A stretch of 64,000 nucleotides of DNA from assembly GCF_000143415.4 (NCBI RefSeq), contig NW_003314281.1, forward strand, positions 856,833 through 920,832. The letters are read 5' to 3'. Position numbers and translations under genes: made by a program. This stretch comes from Selaginella moellendorffii (taxonomy: Eukaryota; Plantae; Lycopodiophyta). The notes beneath the pieces were generated by a model. The model saw only the letters and a program-made list of their open reading frames with translations, had not been told where the DNA came from and searched no databases. This document shows, piece by piece, positions 48,219 to 61,600 of the stretch; position 1 is the stretch's first letter, and every line of letters starts with the position of its first letter.

Positions 48219-49778
48219 TCAATAGTAGTTGCATAGCCCCAGGAATGCCCTCAACTCGTGTACATTCGATGGTCGCTCCCATTCCTGGATCGCTTGGACC
48301 TTCTCCAGGTCCACCTTGAGCCCGTCCTGGCCCACCACATGCCCGAGAAACTTTACCTCTTGTTGAGCAAAGTCACATTTGCTCTCTTTAGCATACAGTT
48401 TGTGTTCCCTTAGTTTTTCAAACACCTTCACCAAGTGTTCGGCATGCTCTTCTAGCGTCTCGCTATAGATCAGGATGTCGTCGATATAGACGACCACGAA
48501 ATGATCCAGATAGGGTACAAAGATGTGGTTCATTAGTGCCGAAAACGTTGCCGGCACATTACATAGCCCGAAGGGCATCACCAGAAACTCAAAGCTCCCA
48601 TACCTCATTCGACAGGTTGTCTTCTCGACATCTTCCTCGGCTACCCTGATCTGGTAGTATCTTGACCTTAGGTCAATCCTCGAGAAGTATTTTGCCTTAC
48701 CCAACCTATCGAACAGGTCCTCAATCCTTGGCAAAGGGTACTTGTTCTTCTTTGTATACTTGTTGAGCAACCAGTAGTCTATGCACATGCGCATAGATCC
48801 ATCTTTCTTTTTCACAAATAACACTGGTGCCCCATACGGCGACTTGCTCAACTTAACATACCCTTTATCCACCAACTCCTCTAGTTTGCACTTGAGCTCC
48901 TTGAGTTCTTTTTCGTTCAAACGATAAGGGGGACGAACCACCGCCTCAGCACCCTCGACCAGCTCAATCTTATGTTCTATCGGTCGTGATGGGGGCAGCC
49001 CCGCTGGTAGCTCCTCCGGCATGGTATCCTGGAATTGGTTCAACACCCGCTGGATCACTAAAGGTACTTTTTCCGTTCCTGTCATTTTGTCACTCTTCAT
49101 CGAGAGTAAGCACAAAAAGGCTGACTTAGTTCCTTTAGTGAGTTGTCCTCTTGTGGACATCAGGTTTAAGCAGGAATCTTTGGCCTTGCTTTGCCCTACC
49201 TTTAGATCTTGGGCCTCCACCCTAGATCTTCTTCCTTGGGCATTCGCCAGTACCACAAGGTTCCTACCTTGTCCATGCAAGGCTACCACGAACCGATTGA
49301 ACCAATCCATTCTGAAGATCACGTCAAACCCCACCATGTCTAACACGGTGAAATCCATGTCCACCTTCCAAGTTCCCACTTTGACTCTCGCTTGTCGAAG
49401 TACCTCATTGGTGCTTTGGCTACCTTGAACAAACTCTATAGTCCTTGGTTCGCCTAGCCACTGCACCGTTAGTCCGGCTTGCCGGACTATGTCTGCAGCC
49501 ACAAAATTATCCGAAGCACCCATGTCAATAAGGATCTTAACAAAGCTACCTCCGAGCTTCCCTCGGAGGGCTAGTAGATGTCGCGAATGACTCTCTACCA
49601 AAGTTGCTCGTGTAATGAGTAACTTTGAGTTAGGGACTGGATCACATACCTCAGTTTGGACTTCACCCGACTTGATGGCCATATTGGCTCTGGCCTTCTT
49701 CGGGTAGGGACATTCTCTTGAAAAGTGTCCCGCTTCACCGCAGTTGTAGCATATGTTATTTCCCACGCTGCTATACAA
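48219..49778 (-). pseudogene. Longest open gag-pol segment (zinc knuckle, protease, RT) of the minus-strand Gypsy
   Basis: 519-aa ORF with [21 protein letters not shown] and YIDDILI. Flanked by stops and frameshifts. Confidence 0.9.
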
Positions 49779-52700
49779 CTTGACCTTCTTATCCCTGGGT
49801 TTGTCTCTTTTCGCTTGACTCCCCCACGTGCTCGCTCGCTGGCCACCGGATTTGCCTTTCCGGAACCCTAAGGACTCATTCTTAGAGAAACTCTTTTTGA
49901 ATTTCCCTTTGCTATACGTTCCCCTTGGTTTGGCCTATTTGCTAAATGTGGACCCTAATCCTGTTGTGTTCCACTTTCGTAGGTTATCGTTGAAATGCAC
50001 CTTGATGACCACATCCAACGCTTCCTTGTATTTGGTCGGGTTCTAACGCATCACCTCACTGTGAGCCCAGGTTTGCAAGCCTGATATGAAGGCATGGAAT
50101 GCATCCATATCCCCCATGTCCGTGACAAGTATCCTCTTTGCCATAAACCCATTCACATACTCCTGAATGGTTCCGGTCTGCTTTAGCCTACTCAGCTCGT
50201 CCCTTAGATGCAGAGTAGTATTCGGAGGAACGTAAGTTGTGCGGATCCTCGCCTTCATCATTTCCCAAGTGGCCACCAGTCCTTCGTTGGCCTTTGTCGT
50301 TCTCCACCAAGACTTGGCATTATCTGCCAAGTATGGTTTTGCACATGGGACCTTCTCCGAGCTCGGTAATCGCAACACTCGGAAGTAGTCCTCCATATCA
50401 TAAAACCAATCCTCCACCACCTTATAGTCGTTCACTCCCTTGAAGACCGGTGGGGGCTTTGGTTTGTACTTGGGAACTGCCTGAGGGACTCATTCCACTT
50501 CGGTCTATTTGACCTTGTCTGGTTTTGCCTCAGTCCCTGCCGAAGGGTCCGCACCTTCTGCACTGCCAGCATCCGCAGTCTTTTGCTTTTTCTTCCGCTT
50601 CTCATCACGCTTTAGCTTGCGTATAAGAGTCTCCAGCAGGGTATTGGTCTGTGCCAATTGTCCTTCTAGAATGTCCAATCGAGCCTTGGACGACCGAACC
50701 TCACCACCAGACTCCTATTTGGAAGTTGCCTCACTGGAGTCCTCCTCATGCAAGGATTCCTCATCCATAGCCTCCTGTTCGACCGGAGGCTCTAGCTCTG
50801 GAGGAGGTTCCGTCTCTGCCTGGGTTCGCTTATGTCCTACCCTTGCCATCTCTCAGCAATCCGCCTCTATCCTTCGCTAGAACTGAGGAAGAGGCTCCGA
50901 TACCAAATTGTAAGCCACAAATTTTTCCTTTCCAATTTGCCAGCTTACCTCGTCTATCCGACCAACTCTACCTTGGCTTGTGCTAAGTTCCCTCGCCAAG
51001 GTTCCCGCCTATGGTACCAGCTCCTACTTGGTTTCAGCTACTCACTGCACGAGCAACGGAGTGTTAGCCATCCATCTACGGATACCCCAAATCTCTCCCA
51101 ATCCCCCTCCCCGGGTTAGACTGGACTTAAGGTTCGGCTACACTCCCCGCAGGCACAAGCAGCCAAGCACACCAAGCCTCCAGATTCCTAACACCCCTTG
51201 GTACCACAAAACTTGATCATGGGACCCTCTAAATCCCAAGTCTTGGGTGTAGCACTTGCTTCGGGACGTCGGGGTGAAACACCGTGGCCTAACGGCCCGG
51301 TATGGGTACCTCTACCCCCCCCCACTTCCATCCCAAAGGGAAGGCCCAAACCCCTAGGAAGGGCGAGAACCAATGAGCCACAAGGTACTCAAGTGGGGCA
51401 CCACTCCACATGAGCCGGGAGCACCGCAGTCAGTTTCCCTTTGGGGAGGGGGAGCTGTTTTTGAGCATTTCCCGGGGGGGCCCTTCCAGCACCATTAAAG
51501 CCCATGTTCATTCCCACCCAAGGCCCTTGGGCCCCAATTTCAACCTCAAGTCAGTTTAGAAGCACCACTAGAGAGTTCCTTCAAGACTGGTTCTTGGACC
51601 TCACTATCCCTACTATACTTTTGGAACCCCCTGAAGCCCCCCCCCCCCCCCCTGGGAGACGCACGCTTTGGGCTTTCACCCCTTGACCCGTATTAGTATT
51701 TGGACTTAGTCTCTGGCTCGATCTCGGACCCGATTTCGGATCTGACTTCGGATTCGGTTTCGGACTCGATCTCGGACTCGATCTCGGACTCGATCTTGGA
51801 CCCAATCTTGGACCCGACCTCGGACTCGACCTCGGACTCGGTCTCGGACCCGATTTCGGATCTCGGACTCGGTCTCGAACTCGGTCTCGAACTCGGACTC
51901 GAACTCGGTCCCCGAGTTGGTCTCGGACTCGATTCCAGACTCTATCTCGAACTCGGTCCTAGAGTCAGTCTTGGACTCAATCTTCGACTTGGTCCCATCC
52001 GATGAACTCTTTGTCATTTTGGTCATGTGTTTGGGGTTCTTTTAGCCTACGACACCTCGGCGAGTTGGTTCCTTACATAAAGCACCAATAGAATTTTATA
52101 CCCCTATGATATACATATACTAAAGGAACAATAAGGAACAATCTTAATCTTAATGTTAAAAGTTCACATATTTCACAATCATCCCTTTAAAGGTCAGAAT
52201 AAGCTGTTTTATTAAACCATTTGTCTATGGATGATAAACACTTATGAAAGTGTAATGTATCCTCAATCGGGATGTTAAAAGATGAAATCCTTCAACCATA
52301 AATATAAGACTATTATCCAAGAGAATTCACTTTGGATATGAACGTTGGAACACCACTTAATTGAGGAAAAAGTATTTAACAGTAGTCGCTAACACATTAA
52401 AAAGAGCACCAACTTCCACCCAATGAGTTAAATAATCAAAAGTAATAATGATATATTCATTGCTAACAATCGACTATAGAAAAGGCCCCATCAAATCAAA
52501 TGCCACCAACTCAAATGGATGAGAAATTACAATTGACTTCAACTATCCTTCCGCAACATAAGGGAGAGTATTAGGAGTTTAGCACTAAACACAACTACGC
52601 ACATATCAAATAACATCACATTGCATCTTCAATTAATAAAAAGACTTATATAGCTAATAGATCTATCTAACCAGTCGGTTGTAGATGAGATGGTCCTGAT

Positions 52701-54930
52701 GCTCAAGGTTGCACTATTTTGCACCAACTTCAAATGGCATCACTAAAAATTTGTACAAACCAAATGATATATAAAAAACAGTCTTTGAGAATATTATTCT
52801 CAATTATCAGCACTTGTCAGTACCCAAAAACAAAATCCAACTTGGTGAACCAATGATTCCTCCCTAGATAATCTAGAAGATTAGTAGTGTGAAGAAAAGA
52901 ATATATATCTAGGATAGTCACTTTATTTAATAGACAATAGTTGATGTAAAAGTGAATACTCCTATTAGTCTTCGTGATAAGATAAAATTCATATGCCTAA
53001 GGACTTGATCTGCTCTAATATACTTAGCTCCACATGAAGTAAAAGGTTTAGGAAATAAATGTCAAATTGCATCTCTGACTTAAATGGCTTTTAATAAAGA
53101 TGATGCAATTGTTGGAAAGCATTATCACAATTATTGATATATCTAAATGTGTGTTTGAAGACATCTAAAAGTTTGCTCCAATCTACATGAGTAGTTATAC
53201 TCAACTATTGTACATTTGCAGCGTTGTCCTTTAGAGGCACGTGGGGAACTCATGCAAATGCTAAACATCATCCCAAGAATGATATGTAGTAATCACTGTA
53301 AATGATCAAACTAATAATACATATCATCCTTAAGATTCCTATGAAAAAACTTTGGTTGGACATGGGGATTGATAACAAGAGCAAAAGGAGTTGTATTATA
53401 TGCTATATATGTCACCATCAATTAAGTCTAATTGTTCAATTGCAACTACATAGCATTGAACAACTACACCAACTACTACTCCAGAGTCAAAGGAGTAGGC
53501 TACTACTCTAATAAATGAAAAGAAAAAGTGAAAGAGAAGAAATTAAAAAAACTATAAGGAAAGTGAGATTTAGATGATGCAAAAACTAAATTTAAACTAA
53601 ATTTTCAAATTCAAATACTCTTTAGGGACAATTAAAACTACTTCTTAAGGACAATCAAACTTAATATGAGTGTGTGAATATGAAAGTGAAATATAAAAAT
53701 GTGTATATATCATTAGCCTAAAAATTCAAATTTATATATAGGAGCAAGTGGTTCAAATTGAAACCAATTCAACAGTTATCAAAATCTCATTATGCTAATA
53801 TTAATATATGGCATTATATCCTGGACCTTACAGTTTATAATTTATAAGCTTTCCTAAACACTTTCTAGTATATTCTTGTTTATTCTACCATCTAAATATA
53901 AATATTCAATTTATCAATTGGATTAATAAACAGTAATAACTTCATTTAAAGTGTGGCCGCCTGGAGCAATCAAAACTGGTGTTTAATGCATAACACTGTC
54001 CATGCTATGAGCCCCCTGGGGTGGTGAAAAAGCTGTTCCTGGTGATGTGGCTGGAATGACTTGGACTTAAGACTCCGCTATGAAAGCTCTGCTCCCCTTT
54101 GGTGGAGAAAAAAAATGGAGAGCGGGAGAGAAAGAAGATGCCACCTCCAAAATGCGAGACCTCACAGAAAATTCCCACCAGCGATGCTCCAGTTTTCCCA
54201 GTGCTTCATCTGGAGCCAAGAAAAAATAGGCCATGGATACACACCTGGTCTTCCAGGACTTCTTGCGAAAGTGAAGTGTGGGTACATTGGATCAAGAGTT
54301 GTTATTGATGATGCAAACCCATGGACGGGAAAATCAACCTTCTACACTACACTTGTGGCTCTCGCTTTTGCTTGATAGATAGCAGGCGAAGTTCTAGGGT
54401 TTTGCTCAGCCATCGGTCCGTCAACAGGAGTGCTGTAAAAGGAAATTTATCCCTCACTGGCTCAGGAGAACTAGCTATGGTAAGGAAAACAATCCCTCGC
54501 AAGGGCAGAGGTTGGAAGCTTTTTTCGGCTGCATGGGTGGGGCCTCCAGGCGCCGCGTGCCGATTGGCTGCAAAAAGTTTTCCAAAGTAAGACGTATACC
54601 AGCTGTTTCAGAAGCTACTGCCGATTGTCTAGATAGTTTTGAAGGGGAGGAGAAGGCCAAGATATCTCAGAAAGCATCTAAAAGCAGTACAGCCATGTCA
54701 ACCAGAACTGGGCCTGCGATCTGGGAAACTGTATATATTGTGGAGATGATGGATGATTTAGATTTTATTTCCGTATGAGAATATACTAGAATGGTTTGAT
54801 GGGCTTGGGAAAGAACTGGAAGATGAACAAAGCGACACGGAGTTTTCGCTCTTAGGTTACGGAATTGGCTCTTACTTACAGGTTGGAAAATCTAAAACGA
54901 GCGCGTTTTATGCACATCAAAGGAAAACTA

Positions 54931-56037
54931 TCAGGGAAACGAGTCGCGTTTTTTTGGAGCTAAAGAGAATCTCATGGTATCCATTCTGAACTTCGATGGC
55001 AAGACGACGGTGGCCATGGGATGAAGCAGCCAAGTTCCACTGAAAATTTCCCCAGTCAGCAGCGGATTACCATAACCATGGTAGCGGCCAGTGACATACG
55101 ACCACACTAGGCTCCCAGAAGCAACCATTGGGAACTCTCTTGCAAACTTAGTCAGCTCTGAGTCGCTTCCTTCTTCGTCAGCAATCTTCTTCCGCAAGGC
55201 CAAAATTGAGAGCTCTTCTGCTTGGATCATCTCGCACAGGCGGTCAACTACGTCCTGGAAACTAGTCCCGCGGGGACTGTGGTGCAAGAGAACCGAGATC
55301 CAGTTGTGGTGATAGTCGCCACCATAAAACTCCTTCCGGAAGGACAGCAGGTCATTGACGAGAATGACGTGATCAGACACAGAGTTGAGGAGCTCCCGGA
55401 AGATTGGAGACTGGATCTGAGCTTGGCTGAGGCGGATTCCGATGCAAAACTCGGTCATGATTCCGCCGACAGCTTCCATAAATCCAGTGGCACGGCGGGC
55501 GAGCTTGTATTCTTCCACTCCAGGGATACTCTTCTCGGCTCGGCGGTGAACTTGATCCTTCACGGCTTCCAGTGAAGCGCCCACGCACTGCACGTATCGA
55601 TCCAGCAATGGTGGCTCCATGGCAGCTCGGATCTCTTCCATAACTTCTCGATAGAGAGCCAGCAGAGGATTTGTGTAATCCTCGTCGGAATTTCCATTGG
55701 CAAGGTTGGAGATGGTGAGGTTGAGCTGAGGCATCTCGTGTTTGCTGCTGGATTCCAGCAAATCGTCAAGGAGGAAGACGGCCCAGAGATGTTTCCCGGC
55801 GAGAACAAGCTTCTCTCTCTTAGCATGGGGATGCATCATACAGGCGTACAAACCAATCCTGGACTCCAGCACCTTCTTCTTGGAAGTCTCGTCGGCGATT
55901 CTCATCTTGCCAAGGAACCACTTGTCGATTTTGAGGCTGATTGATTGGAATTCCGGGTGGCAAGCAAATGGAATGTTGTTGGGAAGAAGCGGAAGCTCGA
56001 AATGAGTGACACCTGAAATTCTGAAAAGATCTTTCAT
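54931..56037 (-). CDS. MTPSL: Microbial terpene synthase-like protein, 368 aa, intact
   Basis: Intronless, with DDLLE, NDLLSFRKE and RY motifs. TATA-like tatataa about 55 bp upstream. Confidence 0.95.
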   Translation of the reverse strand: MKDLFRISGVTHFELPLLPNNIPFACHPEFQSISLKIDKWFLGKMRIADETSKKKVLESRIGLYACMMHPHAKREKLVLAGKHLWAVFLLDDLLESSSKHEMPQLNLTISNLANGNSDEDYTNPLLALYREVMEEIRAAMEPPLLDRYVQCVGASLEAVKDQVHRRAEKSIPGVEEYKLARRATGFMEAVGGIMTEFCIGIRLSQAQIQSPIFRELLNSVSDHVILVNDLLSFRKEFYGGDYHHNWISVLLHHSPRGTSFQDVVDRLCEMIQAEELSILALRKKIADEEGSDSELTKFAREFPMVASGSLVWSYVTGRYHGYGNPLLTGEIFSGTWLLHPMATVVLPSKFRMDTMRFSLAPKKRDSFP

Positions 56038-56371
56038 TTTATTTTTTTTCCCTTAGAAGGAGCCTGTGGATTTGGAGTTCGCTACTGCTTATATACTGCC
56101 AATTCTGCATGTCGAAACACCACGAGATTTGAAAACCGGCAGCTGTTGTACATAAACCACGCGCTCTTTTGTCCTTGGAGGGCTACGGACGCCGTCCTAG
56201 TTTTCACACCTAAAAATTGGTTTACGAGAACTTCTAAAATCTTCTTGAATGGTTTAGTTTATGTATTTTGTTAAAAGGAGAAAGAGAAGAGAGCGTGGCA
56301 ACATTCTCTTTGACAAATTTCAAGGGTCTTGGTAGGGGAACTGTGGATGCTCAATCTGGAAGTCTATTTTA

Positions 56372-59227
56372 ATGGGAGTGGACATAACGTCCAGCGCCCT
56401 CCTATTCCCTTCTCACCTCTACAAACCCAGGTATGTCTCTTCCTCGAGAAGAAAAAGAAGTGCTTCTTCTACAATGAAGAAGAGGGCTCTAGTTTTCATT
56501 GCTAGTGCCAGCACCGAGCTCCAATCCGCCGCGACCCAGAATGGCAGCCTCGTCGATGACCTTGCTGCCGTGCCGAGCTGCCCCACTCCCGATTTCTCCC
56601 GGGGTGTGGGAACTCACGTCACTTTGCTCAACCCGCTAAAGGTGCTGGTGCCACCCAGCGCTCGCGTTCCACACAGAAGATCTCTCCTCGTTTACGTTCC
56701 AGGAATGGATTGCACGGGCCAGGGGATTCGACCGCAGTTGCCATCTCTCGTCGCTGCCGGGTACGTGTAGCCTTTGTGTTTAGAATCACGACTAGACTAA
56801 AGTTTCGCCATTGCAGCCACGACATAAGATGTGTATACATCCCGAGCAGCAACAGATCAGGTTGGTCGTCACTCACGGCCACGCTCGCTCCTCTCTTGAG
56901 ACACGAGGCCAAAGGTTACGAGCAAGTGATTCTGGTTGGCGAGTCTTTTGGAGGGCGTTTGGCTTTGCATTTGGCTAGAGCGGCAGACGATGTTGTGTCT
57001 CGTCTCGTTTTGGTATGTCGAGCAGAAGAAAAGAAAAGTTTTTTTTTTTTTTTTGATTCTCATGTTTTCCCAGTGTGTTATCACAGGTGAATCCTTCCAC
57101 GAACTTGGCACAAAGCAACAAGCTTGCCAGCATTGTTGGTCACACTGGCATTCTCGCGCTTTTTCCGGAGCCTCTCTACGAGTTTGCTCAGGTAAAGTAA
57201 AGTCGACGCTCCACCAAGTTCTTTCAGAAACCATGGCTTTGTTCTCTGTTTGCAGAACATTCTCCTGCCTTTGATGGTGAAGAGAAACCGTGTTTCGTCC
57301 ACAGACGACGACCTTCTTTCGCCCATAGACTTCGTTCCTGCCGAGTGTGCTGCGTTTCGTTTATCCATGCTTAACGATCAAGCGGAGCTTTCAGATGGCG
57401 AGCTTCGATCCATCCAGATGCCCACGCTGATTGTGAGTGAGTTTTATGATTCAAGCTCATGCTTCCATCAAATCTTGCTTGACTGGCAGCTATCCTCGGC
57501 AAAGGATCGAATGTTAGCGTCGCTAGCCGAGGGTATCCGGCTCCAAAGTCTCATTCCAAACTCCAAGAGGGTCATTCTTCCAGACAGGTAAAACATACTG
57601 GATCATTTTACGGCTTTTACCAACACCTTTCTTACTCAGTGGACATATGGCGTTACTCGAGGATTGCATAGACTTGGCTGAGATCATGGATGATCACGGT
57701 TTTCATCATCCTAATGCATCCCACGATCAGCCAAATAACGCTGTTCCAGACGAGACGATGGATCAACTTGGCGATATACTCGGTCCATGGCGTGTAAGTT
57801 ATTAAGAGCTAGCAAAATGCTACTAATGTCTTTCTTTGTAGTTCTTGACGTCTCCATTCATCTCCGGGGCTGACAACTTGCCATCTCCTTCTCTCTTGGT
57901 ATGTTGTTTCAAATGCCAGTTAGTTTCTCACGGTGGCGGTGAGTTTTTAGCGTGGAAGACCCGTGTTGTTTGTCGGAAACCACACAATATTTGGTGTATA
58001 TGATTCAGCAGTTCTTGTTCACGAGGTATTTTGTTTTCCTGGTAGCAAACACTATTCTTGACATTGTGCTACTAGCTGTTTCTCCGAGGGTTCAAGTGCC
58101 GCACTCTCGCTCATCCTGGTCATTGGATGTCTGCAGTGGGAACTTTTTTCGAAAAGTAAGGCCTTCCAAATAGCTACAGCTCTGAAAATCGTTCTTACAG
58201 ATATGGCTGTGTTAAAGCCAACAAGTTCGAAGCTTACAGAGTCCTCAAGGTTTGCGTGGTAAAAACTGCATGATATGATCTTCGGGATATTTATGTGTAG
58301 GAAGGGCAGCACGTACTTTTGTTCCCGGGTGGTGCAAGAGAAGTCTGCAAGCGTAAGGTGAGGTGTCATAGTTTTTTGACCATTTTGATATTCATCTCTG
58401 GCAACAGCAGGGGGAAGAATACAAACTCTTTTGGAAACCCACTACTGATTTTGTTCGAATGGCTATCCGTCTCAATGCGATCATCGTTCCATTTGGTGCT
58501 TTAGGTGGCGACGAAGCGTGAGTAAAATTCTAGAGAGGATTTAATGCTAGAAGCTTTAAATTGTTCCTTTTGTTTTGGTTGCAGATTTAAAGTATTTATG
58601 GACTCAAACGATATTTTACAGTCGCCATTGAGTAACGTTGTTAGGCAAGTGTACACAGCACTTAACCTGGATATTGAGAGTGTTCATCCCATCAGCACAT
58701 TTCCTTTCACAAATCTTCCCAGGTAGAGCTCTCCCTTTGGTTTGTTCTTCACATTTCGTTTTATTTTTATGAAGTGCAATTCCTTTCCCTTATTATTTAA
58801 AGAGAATCTACTTCCACTTTGCCGAGCCTGTGGATACTTCTCGAGTGGATTTTGACATTGGCGATCGAGAAAAGGTGAAACCCTCAATGATTATTATTTT
58901 CCACTTACCTGTCTATTATTTTGTTTTCCAACAGTGTCGAGAATTATACAGTAAGTTAATGCGTCTGACTAAGATTTGTGTCCCTAAAGTGTGTTATATG
59001 CAGTGCTAATGAAAGAGAGAGTCGAGAAGAGCATTAATCTGCTAAAACAAGTGCGCGAGGATGATCCAGTATGCATCATCAACCCTTTTATTGCTATAGA
59101 TTTATGTCGTTTCTGATTGATTCTCATGTTCATACTGCAGGAGCGAGAGTTGCAAGAAAGGATGGTAGCCAGACTGAAAAGAGTTTTACCAGCAACACGA
59201 AGGCGTGCCTCCTCTTCTTTAGTGTAG
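56372..59227 (+). CDS. Esterase/lipase/thioesterase-family protein (alpha/beta-hydrolase plus DGAT2-type acyltransferase; phytyl ester synthase-like), multi-exon
   Basis: Ser/Arg-rich transit-peptide-like N-terminus, then LVYVPGMDCTG, LVGESFGG (nucleophile elbow), GHMALLE, RPVLFVGNHT and LLFPGGAREVCKRKGEEYKLFW. Many short GT-AG introns. Stop at 59225-59227. Confidence 0.85.
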
Positions 59228-59859
59228 TCAGCCTTGTAAAATGGCAAATGTCCAAGCTGAAGATGTACCTTTCCGAGCACTGCTATTTGGTGATTCCTGG
59301 GCTGATTGCTTCTCCCTTGGCCAGCAGCAAGAAAATCGTGATCGATCTCAATGTATTTAACCATGGCCCAGAGATTTTTTTATTGAAGTCCTGGAGATTC
59401 ATGGACAAACGAAGACACCTCAGAGGATCAAAGAGATCCTGAAGTTTTCAGGCAACTTAACGCGAAGAAAGTACGGTACTAGTCCTTCTGCTGCGATCGT
59501 TTGGCGGTTTCCTCCTCGCATTGAATTGTCCCAAACGACACCTCGCGTCCTTCTTTTTAGACTTCCCCAGAAAGCGATTTGTTCTATAAAAAGCTTAGTT
59601 GAATGTCCGGGAGCGTGCGAATTCTATCTCGAATCGGAACTTATTCCTGGAACCAAAACTATGGTCTGTCAGTGAAAGAGATGGACGCTCTCTCGATCAA
59701 AGCTTTGTTCTTCTTTGTAGGCCAGCTGGTTCCAAAACATTAGCAAAACGTGGAAATCTTTTGAGTTGAGGCTTCACAATCTTTGAAGCGCGTCAAACTC
59801 GAAAACCACAGCTCACCAGCTCACTTGCGAGCTGTCATCAAAACTTGTAAACATCCTCG

Positions 59860-59958
59860 GAATAAGCTGTGAGAAAAGCCGCAAACAAGCAAAATCTCTC
59901 TCTCTCTCTCTCTCTCTCATAAGCTGTGAGAAAAGCCGCAAACAAGCAAAATCAATCT

Positions 59959-59998
<40 letters not shown>

Positions 59999-60020
59999 AG
60001 TGAGAGAGAGAGAGAGAGAG
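59860..60020. repeat. Short tandem duplication with (CT)n, (GT)n and (AG)n microsatellites
   Basis: ataagctgtgagaaaagccgcaaacaagcaaaatc occurs twice, flanking SSRs. Confidence 0.85.
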
Positions 60021-60619
60021 AGTGTTGTGTGCTCTGCTCCATTATCAGGAACACGCGTTGATCCCAAAGGCTCACACCCACGCTGTTTGGAACTGAGCAT
60101 TTCGCCCAACCTTGTCGAGCGATTTCGATCGACCCGACCTGGAAAAACATAAATGCAACTGTTTAGAGGCGCTGTCCACTTATTAAGATTAAGTGGATAA
60201 CTTAGCAGCCGCGTAGTAGTCGAAAGGCTCATACACACGGTCCAAGCAGCGGGCAGCTTCCAAGTAAACCCAGAGTGTTGTTTGCTAGCTCCTCTACAGC
60301 CTTGGATCTTTATATGGTCACCGCTTTTTTACGTGATTAATGAGACAAAAGCGATTTACCATGAGTTTGAGAATGTTTCTAGGGGACGCAAAAGGTCGCA
60401 AGCGATTCCGTCCAGCAGTTTTTCTGTGGTTTAGTTTCACAGGACAAGAAACGAAAAAGGAAGCATAAGAAGCTGTTTCTAAGCAAGAAGGCTTTTGAAG
60501 CATGTATAACATCCTACTTAGTGTGGCTAGTAATTTTTTCAGGAAGTCATGGCTGATGCAAAATGCATGCTTAGTATAGTTTAAAAAATCATATAGAATA
60601 TTCTATTAGCCAGAAACTG

Positions 60620-61600
60620 ATCTCACTGGCATGACAATCGGAGCCGATATGTTGATGTCCCTGTCCCAAGGAGTCGGCTCCCTGTATTGGAGGGGATCAT
60701 TGATTTAAGCGCAGTTCCAGATACAGACAGTTCATGCGACTCCATCCTTGGCAGCTGCCATGGCTTCCACCACATTTTTCCAGTCCTCACTCCTCAGTGG
60801 GTGCCTCATCGATCTTGGTCAGAAAGTTTGGACGGAAACCTTCAACAACAAAGCTTCGGGCATTTGCCATGTAGTCCCGCTTCACCACCTCCCCGTTTTT
60901 GCAGACTTGACCAGGTTGTGAGCGTAGCGCCACTCGCAGAAGCTGTCGCAGCAGCAGAATGGCTCCCCCGCAGTGTGCATAGATGTCATCCCAAAGCTTC
61001 AGCCTCACGAACTCTTTGACCTCCTCTTCATTTAAGTGGCCAACATTTAGCTGGACGATTTTATGACCACGGATGCTATCCAACCATTCCTTAAAGTTCT
61101 CTGATGAAGCGAAAACCACGTTCGCCACATTCGCCTGCTTAGAGATCCGCACCAGGAGCTTCAGTAGGGCATCCAGCTCGGCAGCTGCGGTTCTGGTCCA
61201 GCTAGCCAGCGTCGTCGATGAAGATCGTGGGAAATCCATTGAAGAAAGCCGACTGGTGATTTAGCAGAGCGGACATGTAGCCCTCGAAAGCATGTCGATG
61301 GAATCCTGCTCCTTCCCGCAAAAGTTGAGCGAACTCCAAGGAGTCTTCAGCGAGATCTTCTCCACGGAGACTTCGAGATCCCAAGCCCTTCGCATCAAGA
61401 GACTTTGCAAGACTGTCAGCCAAGTTTTGTTGCTCCTCACCCGCATGTCGACGTAGGCTGGAACACGCCGGCACACTGCCTAGAGTAGAACTGCCTAGAG
61501 AAGCGCCGATTTGCCCGAGTCCCTTGGCCCCGTCAGAAAAACGATCTGACCCGGATCCCAGAGCACTCAGCTCTTCGATTAGAGAACTTCCCAGCAAACA
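60620..61600 (-). pseudogene. P-loop NTPase (archaeal-type ATPase_2/AAA_16-like) pseudogene
   Basis: Walker A FLTGPRDSGKS (~61507-61540), Walker B PTIFIDDA, then NVVFASSE and CGGAILLL. The motifs lie in different frames. Confidence 0.65.

Larger units (their letters stand above)
45067..52077 (-). mobile_element. Two-LTR copy of Gypsy family A with an internal integrase deletion (5' LTR 50909-52077; 3' LTR 45067-46700)
   Basis: TG...CA LTRs, PBS tggtatcggagc at 50905-50894, PPT at ~46701-46713, imperfect TSD tgaag/taaag, and gag-pol remnants. Confidence 0.93.
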
